Shown here: positions 1 to 9,234 of the stretch, piece after piece
How positions within the stretch are numbered: the first letter of the stretch is position 1
Layout of the letters: the number at the start of each line of letters is the position of its first letter
NCBI GenBank assembly: GCA_963716745.1
Contig: OY970320.1
Coordinates: forward strand, 928,001 to 992,000
Direction: 5' to 3'
DNA length: 64,000 bases
DNA from: an uncultured Gemmatimonadaceae bacterium
Lineage (GTDB): Bacteria; Gemmatimonadota; Gemmatimonadetes; Gemmatimonadales; Gemmatimonadaceae
Position numbers and translations under genes: made by a program
The notes under the pieces: generated by a model
What the model was told of the DNA's origin: nothing
Databases searched by the model: none
The model's input: the letters and a program-made list of their open reading frames with translations, nothing else

Positions 1-422
1 CTCTTTCGCACCGAAACATCGTACGTGTCGCCCGAGACCATCGACTCGAAGCGCCGGCCGCCGTCCGAGTTGCATTCGGGAAAGAATCTCACCCGCCCCG
101 ATTTCACGAGCCGCTCGTTCATGACGCGGCCGAAGTACTCGCGGATCTCGGCGCCGCTCGCGCGGCCGTACATGCCCGCCTCGCGGCCGCTCGTCTGGAT
201 CGCCTCCGGCCCAAGCGGCATCGAGTTCACACCATAGTAGAGCGACGGCTGGTGCAGCTGGACGAACGGATACGCGTCGTTCCAATGCCCGCCCGGCGTG
301 GCGCGCCGGTCCACGACAATGACCTCGGCGTCGGACTCCGTGATCAGCGAATCCGTGAACGCGAGGCCCGCGGCTCCGGCGCCGATGACGAGGTAGTCCG
401 TTTCCAGGGAGCGGGACGGCAT
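1..422 (-). CDS. FAD/NAD(P)-dependent oxidoreductase (5' part, runs off window)
   Basis: Not in ORF track; manual translation from ATG 422: MPSRSLETDYLVIGAGAAGLAFTDSL...DRRATPGGHWNDAYPFV, Rossmann GxGxxG and GGHW motifs. Confidence 0.85.
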   Translation of the reverse strand, partial: MPSRSLETDYLVIGAGAAGLAFTDSLITESDAEVIVVDRRATPGGHWNDAYPFVQLHQPSLYYGVNSMPLGPEAIQTSGREAGMYGRASGAEIREYFGRVMNERLVKSGRVRFFPECNSDGGRRFESMVSGDTYDVSVRK

Positions 423-501
423 GCATCGATGATGCGGAGCGCGCGCCTCGGTCGCCAGGCGGTTCACCTTATCGCGCCCGCCGAAATCACGGTGCTGATT
501 C

Positions 502-560
502 AGCAATATCATAGTGCTAAAATTGCATTTGACGCACCACGCGCCTGGACCTAGACATTC
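502..560 (+). promoter_or_regulatory. Putative LysR-regulated promoter box A (TTGACG-N17-TAGACA)
   Basis: 502-537 matches the reverse complement of 5667-5702 at 32/36 positions; lies upstream of the permease. Confidence 0.55.
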
Positions 561-604
561 GTCCATCGGCGCGGCGAGCGCCGCCCGTCATCACGAGGAG
601 GGTT

Positions 605-3087
605 ATGGACGCTCTGCTGCAGGACCTGCGCTATGCGATGCGGACGCTGAGCAAGAGCCCCGCGTTCGTGACGATCACCGTGCTGACGCTCGCGCTCGGC
701 ATCGGCGCGAACCTCGCGATCTTCACCGTCGTCAACGCCGTGCTGCTGCAGCCGCTGCCCTTCCGCGAACCCGAGCGCATCGTGCGCGTGTTCGATGATC
801 TGGGCGGCGCGGGAGCCAAGAACGTCGGGATGTCGGTCCCCGAACTGTATGATCTGACCGAACGCTCCGGAGTATTCGAACAGATCAGCGCGACCTTTCC
901 TTCGAGCGGGGCTCTGTCCGGCGGCGGAAGGGTGGAGCGGATCGTGTTGATCGGTACGAGCCCGAACTACTTCGAACTCCTCGGCGCGACGCCGGCACTC
1001 GGACGGGTCTACACCCAGTCCGAGTGGGTGCCGGGCTTCCTGGACGGCGTCGTCATCAGCGACGGCCTCTGGAAGCGCCAATTCGGATCGGATCCGCATA
1101 TCATCGGGCGGCGCGTTCGCATGGACGAGGACCCGTACACCGTCATCGGCGTCATGCCGCCCGACTTTCGCCACCCGGGCAATACGGATGCCGGCGACAT
1201 CGAGATGTGGACGGCAGCCGGCTTCACCGGCGATCCTTGGCCGTCGCCGCCGCGTGCGCGGCGCGCGGCGTTTGCCCGGAGCGTTGGGTCGCTTGAAACC
1301 GGGCATCACGCTCGAACAGGCACAGCGGCGACTCGATGCGTTCACGACTTCGCTGCAGCAGACCTACCCCAATGAATATCCCAAGCAGTTGGGTTGGTCG
1401 CTTCGGCTCGAGCCCGCCCAAAGCAGCCTCACCGGCAATGTGCGACCGACGCTGGTGATCCTGCTCGCCGCCGTGAGTTTCGTGCTCCTGATCGTGTGCG
1501 TCAACGTGGCCAGCTTGCTGATCGCGCGGGCGTCGGCGCAAATGCGTGAGTTCGCCATTCGCCAGGCGCTCGGCGCATCGCGCGGCCAGCTCGTTCGACA
1601 GGTGCTGACCGAGAGCGTGCTCATTTCGCTGGCCGGAGGCACGGCGGCCCTTGCGGTGCTTCTCGTCGCGCAACGATCGCTGCTTACGCTCGATGCCCGC
1701 GGATGTGCCTCGACTCGCCGAGGTGCATGCGGATTGGCGAATGGTGGCGTTCGCGCTGGTGCTGTCGCTCGCGACCGGAGTGTTGGTCGGACTGATGCCG
1801 GCGCTCCACGCATCGGCGATCGATCCCAATCGCGACTTGAGGGACGGCGGACGCACGGGTGGTGGACAGAGCCTGCGCCAGAACCGATCGCGCGCCACGC
1901 TGGTCGTGACGGAGGTCGCGCTATCGGCGGTGTTGCTCATTGGCGCCGGGTTGCTTGTCCGCAGTTTCTCGGCCGCGCTCGGTCAGGATCCCGGTCTCGA
2001 TCCGGAGAGGCTTGTGGCGGGCCAGATCTGGGTGCCCATTCCGAGCGATCCCAAGGCGAATCCATACTGACCGCCGCCGCAGCGCGCCGGGCTTGCCAGG
2101 GAACTGCTCGCACGGATCGCGCTGCTCCCCGGCATGGAGCGAACGGCGATCGGCACGTCGAGCGCTGTCCCGCTCCTGAGCAATCGTGAACAATCCCGTC
2201 GCGTTCTCCATTGCCCGACGAGGTCTCGACGCAGGAGAACGATCACGCCGCGGAGTTCGTCGCCGTGAGCGCAGGGTATTTCGACGTGCTCAGGACGCCG
2301 CTGAAAAAGGGCCGCGTCTTCACCGATCACGATGCGGACTCCAGCGCGAGAGTCGTGGTGGTCAATGAAGCGTTCGTCCGCAGATTCTCACCGCAACGGG
2401 ACGTGGTTGGCCGGCGGATGCGGTTTGTTTGGCGGGGTAGAGGAACAAGAAGCCGAAATCGTCGGCGTGGTCGGGGATGTGCGCAATGACGGACTGGACG
2501 TGGCGCCGCCGCCGCGCGTGTACCAATCCATTCTTCAATATCCCGGCATCAGGCTCGCCGTGTTTCTCCGCACGCGTTCCGATGTGGACGTGAAGGCGAC
2601 CAAGGAAGCCCTCACCGCGACGGTACACAGCATCAATCCGGAAATTCCGGTGTTCGACGTCAGGACCATGGCGGACCTGATGTCGGCTTCGATGGCGCGG
2701 CGCCAGTTCTCACTCTTCTTGATGTCGGTCTTTGCCGTGTCGGCGCTCCTGCTCGCCGCGCTGGGGATTTATGGTGTGATGGCCTTCGTCGTCGGCCAGC
2801 GCGCTCAGGAATTCGGCATCCGGCTGGCCCTGGGTGCGAAGCCGCGGGATATCCTCGGCCTCGCGTTCCGCCCCGGCCTCATTCTCACCGCCACGGGAAC
2901 CATCGTCGGTCTGGGTGCGTCGATCGTCGTGACGCGGCTGATGTCGAGCCTCCTGTTCGGCGTGTCGGCGAGCGACCCGATGACGTTCGCCGTTGTGCCG
3001 GTGCTGCTGGGGATCGTTACGATGGCCGCGTGTTTCATTCCGGCGAGACGCGCCACGCGCGTTTCTCCGATGGAGGTGCTGAAGTAG
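605..3087 (+). CDS. ADOP-type duplicated MacB/FtsX ABC permease (frameshifted)
   Basis: [15 protein letters not shown]...[13 protein letters not shown] start, [35 protein letters not shown] end; pieced from ORFs 605-1375, 1188-2189, 1651-2070, 2211-2489, 2332-3087; GGAG RBS. Confidence 0.9.
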
Positions 3088-3138
3088 TTATCATCGGATG
3101 ACTGTCTCACCACCTCCCTCTCACCAGACAACGATCAT

Positions 3139-3518
3139 ATGCCGCTCAAAGCCCATTACGTCCGACCGTCTGGCCAAGCCCGTCGGTCCATTCTCACCGG
3201 CCGTTCGCGATGGCGACCGCGTGTACACGAGCGGCCAGGTCGCACAGGACCCGGCCACGGGAAAACTCATCGAGGGCGGCGTGGCTGCCCAAACGGAGCA
3301 GATCTTTCAGAACATCAAAGTGATCCTGGATGCGGCGGGCAAGTCGCTCGCCGACGTGGTGAAAGTGAATGTCTATCTCGTGGACATACAAGCGATTCGC
3401 CGAAATGAACGAGGTGTATGCCCGGCATTTCGCCGCTCCGTATCCAGCTCGCACCACTGTCGCCGTCGCCGCGCTGCCGCTGAATGCGGAAGTCGAGATC
3501 GAGATGATCGCCAGCTGA
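3139..3518 (+). CDS. RidA/YjgF family enamine deaminase (frameshifted)
   Basis: GPFSPAVR..VYTSGQV..VVKVNVYL; other frame YPARTTVAVAALPLNAEVEIEMIAS*. Confidence 0.85.
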
Positions 3519-3525
3519 TTCGCAC

Positions 3526-3540
3526 TTGCACCAAATGCAA
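3526..3540. promoter_or_regulatory. LysR-type T-N11-A inverted repeat TTGCA-CCAAA-TGCAA
   Basis: Directly upstream of the LysR gene; resembles the core of boxes at 502-537 and 5667-5702. Confidence 0.5.
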
Positions 3541-3584
3541 TCTCTACCATATCATCGTGCTCGACCGGCAACTGGGAGTCTGTC

Positions 3585-4544
3585 ATGCTCGATGAGATGC
3601 GAACGTTCGTCGTCTTGGCCGAGTCGGGTTCGTTGCAGCGGGCGGCCGAACGGCTGTTCCTGACGCCATCGGCGGTCACACGGCAGATCCAGCGCCTCGA
3701 AGCGGCGCTGAAGACGCCCCTGCTCGATCGTCGCGTGAAACCGGGGCGGATCACCCGTGAAGGCCGCGCGGTGCTCGACAGCGGGCGGCACATGCTGCGC
3801 ATCATGGACGATCTCAAGGCGAGCGGGGCGAACCGCGCCGAGCCGAGCGGACCATTCCGCGTCGGATTGTCGCATGCGCTCGCGCAACCGAGCCTCGTCG
3901 CGTCGATCCAGCGCTTGACGAGCCGCTTCCCCCGGCTTCAACCGGTGCTGAGCACCGATCTCAGGCAACAGCTCATCGAGCAGACGCGCACCGGCGAACT
4001 CAATGTGGCACTGGCCTTCCTCTCGGCGGCCGACACGCCGCCCGCCGATGTGGCCAGCAGCGTCTTGGCTGCGGAACGTCTGGTATTGGTGAAGGCGAGA
4101 GGGCCGCACCCTCGCGCACGGCGCAGCAGCAAGTCGAGAGATCGCGATCTCGACGCACGCTGGGTGCTCAACCCGCCGGGTTGCTTCATTCGAGCCGCAC
4201 TCGAGGCGAGGTTGCGCGAACTCGGCTCTCCGTTCGAAGTCGCCGCCGCGATCAACAATATCGACATGCAATTGTCTCTCGTGGCGAGCGGCATCGGCCT
4301 CGGGCTCATCCCCGGGCGATTCCTCGCCTCGCATCCGAAGCGCCGGCGGCTGGAGCGTATCACGCGGAGCGGCATCAGCATTGAGGCATCCATCGTGTTC
4401 ATGCAAGCCGGCCATTTGGGCCGGCTCGAACCGGCGGCGGCATTTCTCCAAGAAAGAGTTGCGAGACCATTTCGCTCCCGTCAAAGGCGCAGCTCCATGA
4501 AGACCGCACTGGAGCGATACCGGTCCATCGTGTCGCGTGGCTGA
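3585..4544 (+). CDS. LysR family transcriptional regulator
   Basis: N-terminal HTH GSLQRAAERLFLTPSAVTRQIQRLE; substrate-binding domain with LVASGIGLGLIP. Confidence 0.93.
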   Translation: MLDEMRTFVVLAESGSLQRAAERLFLTPSAVTRQIQRLEAALKTPLLDRRVKPGRITREGRAVLDSGRHMLRIMDDLKASGANRAEPSGPFRVGLSHALAQPSLVASIQRLTSRFPRLQPVLSTDLRQQLIEQTRTGELNVALAFLSAADTPPADVASSVLAAERLVLVKARGPHPRARRSSKSRDRDLDARWVLNPPGCFIRAALEARLRELGSPFEVAAAINNIDMQLSLVASGIGLGLIPGRFLASHPKRRRLERITRSGISIEASIVFMQAGHLGRLEPAAAFLQERVARPFRSRQRRSSMKTALERYRSIVSRG

Positions 4545-5022
4545 TACTCCGTCATGCTGTTCTCGGCATACGGAGTGATCTCAGCGAACCCGACCGACTT
4601 GTAGAGCGCGTGAGCTGCGGACAGGAATTTCAGACTTTCCAATCGCACCGACTTCGTACCCGATCGCGCGCGCGTCTGACAGGAGCTGCTGCAGCAGGAG
4701 GCGGCCAGCGCCGGCTCCCCGAACGTGCGGCTGCACATACATCCTCTGGATCTCGGCGACCAGACGGCGTGATGCGCTTAAGACATCCGACTCCGACGTT
4801 CGCGCTATCGCGGCGGATCACGTAGAACCGGCCGCTCGGCGGATAGAACTTCGCCGGATCCTCGATATCCGATGTGACCATCGCATCGATATCGAAAGAC
4901 AGGCCGTAGTTCGCGGCAGCAGCGCTCGCGATCCATCGCAAATACTCGGCGATCAGGTGCCGCGCGGCTTCTCGCATTGCCGCGTCATCGACGGCAACCA
5001 GCTCGATCGCGGCAACGGTCAT
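4481..5022 (-). CDS. GNAT family N-acetyltransferase (frameshifted)
   Basis: ORFs 4630-5022 and 4481-4738: VGVGCLKRI..., VRLESLKFLSAAHALYKSVGF. Confidence 0.8.
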
Positions 5023-5023
5023 T

Positions 5024-5548
5024 CTATCGGGTCACGATGGGCAAGTACGCGCGCCACGGCCCGATCGCGTCCCGGTACTGTTTCGCCATCACACGGGCGG
5101 TTTGTGCGATATGTCCCAAGTCGTGCACGACCCAAGTCGCCAACAGCTGCCGGAGCGTGACCGTGCCGAACTCCGGATGCTCTCCATCCAGCGCGAGTTC
5201 TGTGTCCGTCAACCGCCAGGCCGCGAGCGTCGCGAGATTCTCCGCACGCAATCGCCCGAACTCATCGAGGAGGACGGACAGCGATTTGCCCTGACTCTCG
5301 CGGAGCTGTGCGAAACGATCGTACGGCGGAAGGCGGCGGCTCGTACTTTGAGAAAGGATGACCCGGGCGCGCGGGATCCAGTCCGTGCGCTCGCCGTGGA
5401 CGAGATGTCCGACGATGACGTACGGGCTCCACGTTTCGGGCCCTTCCGTCGCGTCGATCCACGCCGCACCCAAGTCGCGCAACATCGCATTCAGCGTCCC
5501 GGGCGTGCGTTCGAGGATCGCGATGCCCTGCGTGATGTCGAAGTCCAT
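5024..5548 (-). CDS. DinB family protein
   Basis: WSPYVIVGHLVHGE...HPEFG...WVVHDLGHIAQ His triad; likely start MDFDI. Confidence 0.88.
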   Translation of the reverse strand: MDFDITQGIAILERTPGTLNAMLRDLGAAWIDATEGPETWSPYVIVGHLVHGERTDWIPRARVILSQSTSRRLPPYDRFAQLRESQGKSLSVLLDEFGRLRAENLATLAAWRLTDTELALDGEHPEFGTVTLRQLLATWVVHDLGHIAQTARVMAKQYRDAIGPWRAYLPIVTR

Positions 5549-5643
5549 TGCTCTCTTCCGTATGATGTTTGACCCCGCGCAAGGAACGCGCTTGCTCGAA
5601 GCCGTGTTCGCTGCGCGTTGCACGTCTCAGTGACGGTGCGAAT

Positions 5644-5702
5644 GAACGTTTAAGCCAAGTGATCACGTGCGTCAACTGCAATCTTTTCACTATGATATTG
5701 CT
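5644..5702 (-). promoter_or_regulatory. Putative LysR-regulated promoter box B (TTGACG-N17-TAAACG)
   Basis: Inverted copy of 502-537, upstream of the DinB-GNAT genes. Confidence 0.55.
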
Positions 5703-5722
5703 CGACTGACGTTACCCCCGGC

Positions 5723-5980
5723 TTAGGCCAGAAACCTATCGGAGGATCGCGACAGCGGAGGGTTCCTTCGCCAGGGTGAGTTCCCGGCCGACCGCACGGC
5801 CAGCTCGTTCATGACGCGGCCGGAGCATTCGCGGATCTCGGCGCCACTCGCGCGGCCGTCCATCCAAGGAATGCGATGGCATTCACCGATTGTGCGGCGC
5901 ATTCTCTGGGGTCGCCCGCATCTCCCACGGTCCATCCGATTCTCGCGGGCAACGACGACGAAGTCGACGATTCGCGGCAA
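5723..5980 (-). pseudogene. Degenerate remnant of the FAD oxidoreductase at 1-422
   Basis: 5803-5863 matches 113-173 at 56/61 nt; GRASGAEIRECSGRVMNE versus GRASGAEIREYFGRVMNE. Confidence 0.6.
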
Positions 5981-6237
5981 GTGTTGACGCTGATCCGCAT
6001 CCTCTTGCGACTACTGCCTAGAACAGCGACGTTCGAGCTGCTGCGGAACTATCGGAGAGCGCCGACATCAAGCCAGAGCATGGGCGCCATGACGGCGGGA
6101 AGGATGGTACTCTGCACCGGCGCTGTTGGAACGTGGCTGGCCCAACGTAGGGTTCGACTTGATATCGGGGAAGGGCCGACTCGACTCACACGTCGAGCAC
6201 CATTCGGTGACTCGGTGAGCCGCACGGCGAGGATATA

Positions 6238-6483
6238 ATGTCGATCACCAGGCACCGCTCTCAAGAGCAAGGAGACTCCCGTGGCGTGGATCGACCAAAT
6301 CTTCGATGCCAAGATTGTGAGAGAAAGAAGGCATTGTGCGGCGGAGCAAGAGGGACGTTCACCGGTTCTCATTGTTTGACGAGCTACTCCTTCAAGTGCA
6401 AGACCGAGGATATCATTCTCATTGAGACCGGACACCAATATGTCATTTTGTGCCACAAGGGGGCTCTTGTTATTCACTGCTAA
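6238..6483 (+). CDS. Small conserved hypothetical protein (frameshifted)
   Basis: Across frames: WIDQIFDAKIV..GIVRRSKRDV..IETGHQYVILCHKGALVIHC*; GAGG RBS before ATG 6238. Confidence 0.5.
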   Translation: MSITRHRSQEQGDSRGVDRPNLRCQDCERKKALCGGARGTFTGSHCLTSYSFKCKTEDIILIETGHQYVILCHKGALVIHC

Positions 6484-6684
6484 CCGTGGCCGGACTTGGA
6501 CAAGCGTTGGTTGCGCGGGTGGAATCGATCATTTGAATTACGCTACAGCGTATCGAGCTGTCACGCGTGGGATGGGACGAGGCGCGGCTCGGCGCAACAG
6601 TAGTCGATTGACGACAATCCCCGCGCAGCTTCTGGCGGGGCCACGCGCACTGGATCGCCACCACATAGCCCATCAGGTACTTCC

Positions 6685-7308
6685 ATTGACATTGCCGAAC
6701 TAGTCAGAGACTTTTCCGCCGCTCTGAAGGCTGTCGATTCGGAGAGGCCTGTGGGCGCGCGAATTCAATTCAAGCCGGGTGCCGGTCCCCTCACGGAAAC
6801 CGAACTGACGAGGTTGATTCTAAGCTACATGAAGTCTATGCAGGGCACGGTGTACTCGGACGCGGGTGAGCGCGCCTACCCGGGAAGTCGCCAGACTTGC
6901 GACATAGTCGTTCCGGGCAGGTGGGCAATAGAGGTCAAGCTAGCGCGCCCGTTTGGAGACAACGGCAAGCCGGCGGAGCGCTGGTCTGAGAACCTACTCT
7001 ACCCGTATGTGGGAAACACAAGCTCAATCGGCGACTGCCTGAAACTTGTCGAGTCACGCTTTCCTGAGCGAAAGGCCGTCCTCGTGATCGGGTACGAGCA
7101 TTCTCCACCACGGATTCCGCTGGAACCTGCCGTGCGAGGATTTGAGTTACTTGCTTCGGATATCGTTGGAATAGCAATCTCTGCTCGAAGCGAAGAGCTC
7201 GTTGTTGGCCTGGTTCACCCTTTCCATCAGCAAGCGCGGGTTTACGGATGGGAGGTCTTGGGCCGCACGATCGCGGCAGCTGACGCGTCCAGGGATTTTG
7301 ACGCTTAG
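6685..7308 (+). CDS. Hypothetical protein with PD-(D/E)XK nuclease-like motif; start uncertain
   Basis: TCDIVVPGRWAIEVK (D...ExK); frame stays open upstream of GTG 6751 (IDIAELVRDFSAALKAVD). Confidence 0.6.
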   Translation: MDIAELVRDFSAALKAVDSERPVGARIQFKPGAGPLTETELTRLILSYMKSMQGTVYSDAGERAYPGSRQTCDIVVPGRWAIEVKLARPFGDNGKPAERWSENLLYPYVGNTSSIGDCLKLVESRFPERKAVLVIGYEHSPPRIPLEPAVRGFELLASDIVGIAISARSEELVVGLVHPFHQQARVYGWEVLGRTIAAADASRDFDA

Positions 7309-7513
7309 TGCCGCGCGCGGGCCTGCCAGGCGCCCGAGAATTTCGGTGGACCGACCTAAACCGCTGTCCTTCTGGCGCCCCGCACCGCGCGCTGCCGCGA
7401 TTTTAAGTGGGCCCCTGCCAGCCGCCGGCGCGCTCTCGCGTCCTCTCCGAGAGCTGAGGGGGCTGCAGGTCAGTCTGTCGCTTGATCTCCATCATGCCAT
7501 CCGCGAGGGATGA

Positions 7514-9061
7514 ATGCCTGACAAGGGTCACAAGCTCAACGAGAGGGTCTGGCGGCTCTTCTCCAAGGCGGGGTTCGACACCAAGCCGAACGCAACCGAC
7601 GCCTCCGAGGAGCAGGTAAGCCTGGGCACCGGCAATCCCCGCACGCTTGACTTGTCGGCAGCAGACTCGGCTCTCGGCGTCAAGATCATCGGCTGGAACA
7701 AGTCGAGAAAGCAATTCAGCGAGTCCATCAGCGTGCACATCCACGACGTGAGCGATCTTCTTATCCCGGCAGCTGCAGATGCTGGAGTGATGATCTCTCT
7801 AGAGAAGGAATTCACCGATAGCGACAAAGTTCTCGGTCGCGCGCGCAAGATAGCGATGTGGAACAAGGCGGACCTAGAGTACTTCGAAGCGCTAGTCGAG
7901 GCAGTTGGCGATCAAGCCAAGTTCGAAATCTTAAACGCGCTTAATGTCCGAACTAGAGAAGAGACGGGTGTGTTCAATGTTCTCGCGATAAAGTTCAATC
8001 AGCCAGCACCCGGATCCGCCGCTGAGTTGTTCATGTTCACAGCCCCTCCAAGAGTCCTTCTGAGAACGTGTGTCGTCTTGAGAAAGGCACAAGGCAGCAA
8101 GTATGCATATCAACGAATTCTTCAGGCGAAGCGACTCGGAAAGATAGCCGCCTTCGTTAGCAGGGCCGACGCGCTTCTTCCGCCGAATATTATCGTCCAC
8201 TTCGGCGACGAAGTTCGGTGGGAGCCGATTGCACATCCGAGTCAGGATCAGTCCGGTCGGAGAATCACTCTCGCCCGCGAACACGACTACGAACTCGGCC
8301 TTCTGGGCATCCCCTTGCGATACGCGTCGCTCGAACTGATCGATGGCCAGCACCGACTATTCGGATTTGCCCACGCCAACGCGGCGGCGCAGGACACGTT
8401 CAACTTAGCCGTACTTGGAATGCGTGCGATAAGGCCCGCTGGCCGAACCGAAACGTTTATCGCAATCAATGACAACGCGAAGCGAGTAGACGCAAATCTC
8501 GTCGCTTATTTGAAGTACGTTGCGGACGAGGCGACTTGTCAGGCGAACAACGAGCTCATGGCCATCAAAGTCGTCGTCGAATTGAATAAGACCAGTCCAT
8601 TCAAGGGAAGGATCAGAATACTGGATTTCGGCTCAGAGAGAATCACGCTCAAAGGATTCGCGGGTTATGACCTCAAGGGCCTTCTCGGCACGAGAGGACT
8701 TCTCCGCAAGTACTACAAGAATGACTCAGCGGAATTCGTTGGTGCACTCCGGATCTACTTTAGCGTCATGAAGACGATCTTCCCGAAGCAGTGGACCGAT
8801 CCAGATCGATACATTGTGTTTACCAAACGAGGAGTATCTGCATTTCTTAAGCTGCTGAGATCGATCCTGAAGAGCGAGAAGGCTCCACTAACGGCTGTCA
8901 TGGCCAATAAGTACCTGCAACCTCTACGCAATGACTGGGCGGACACCCGCTGGGAGACTGCGTCCCTCGCCAGCGGATATGTCGGATCGAAGGGGTGGAA
9001 GGATTTCCACCGAGACCTCGTCAAGATCATCCGCAGGAAGTACAAGAAATTCGAGGCCTAA
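7514..9061 (+). CDS. DGQHR domain protein with REase-like N-terminal domain
   Basis: Intact 515-aa ORF; YQR, PPNII, LELIDGQHRLFGF and FIAIN motifs of the DndB/DGQHR family. Confidence 0.88.
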   Translation: MPDKGHKLNERVWRLFSKAGFDTKPNATDASEEQVSLGTGNPRTLDLSAADSALGVKIIGWNKSRKQFSESISVHIHDVSDLLIPAAADAGVMISLEKEFTDSDKVLGRARKIAMWNKADLEYFEALVEAVGDQAKFEILNALNVRTREETGVFNVLAIKFNQPAPGSAAELFMFTAPPRVLLRTCVVLRKAQGSKYAYQRILQAKRLGKIAAFVSRADALLPPNIIVHFGDEVRWEPIAHPSQDQSGRRITLAREHDYELGLLGIPLRYASLELIDGQHRLFGFAHANAAAQDTFNLAVLGMRAIRPAGRTETFIAINDNAKRVDANLVAYLKYVADEATCQANNELMAIKVVVELNKTSPFKGRIRILDFGSERITLKGFAGYDLKGLLGTRGLLRKYYKNDSAEFVGALRIYFSVMKTIFPKQWTDPDRYIVFTKRGVSAFLKLLRSILKSEKAPLTAVMANKYLQPLRNDWADTRWETASLASGYVGSKGWKDFHRDLVKIIRRKYKKFEA

Positions 9062-9234
9062 CAGGAGCGCGTTGCGCGCTACAAGGGGATCACGCGAAGA
9101 CGTGTGCCCCATTGCGTTCGAGAGGGCGGCGGTAGGTCAGCTGCTCTTCCACCCGATCTGGAGCAGCTCATACCGTAATGCCTCCAATCGCACTTCCGCC
9201 CTCTCGGTTTGCGCCTCTAGATACTCCGACCGAC

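Noticed and set aside
502..5702. 36-bp inverted pair as transposon terminal repeats
   Set aside because: No transposase and no evident target duplication; both copies overlap promoter-like hexamers and a third variant precedes the LysR gene.
113..5863. 61-nt near-identical pair as a DGR template/variable repeat
   Set aside because: The five mismatches are not adenine-specific on either strand, and no reverse transcriptase is present.
7514..9061. DndB of a phosphorothioation system
   Set aside because: No dndA/C/D/E, ssp or cysteine desulfurase genes in the window, and an extra N-terminal domain is present.
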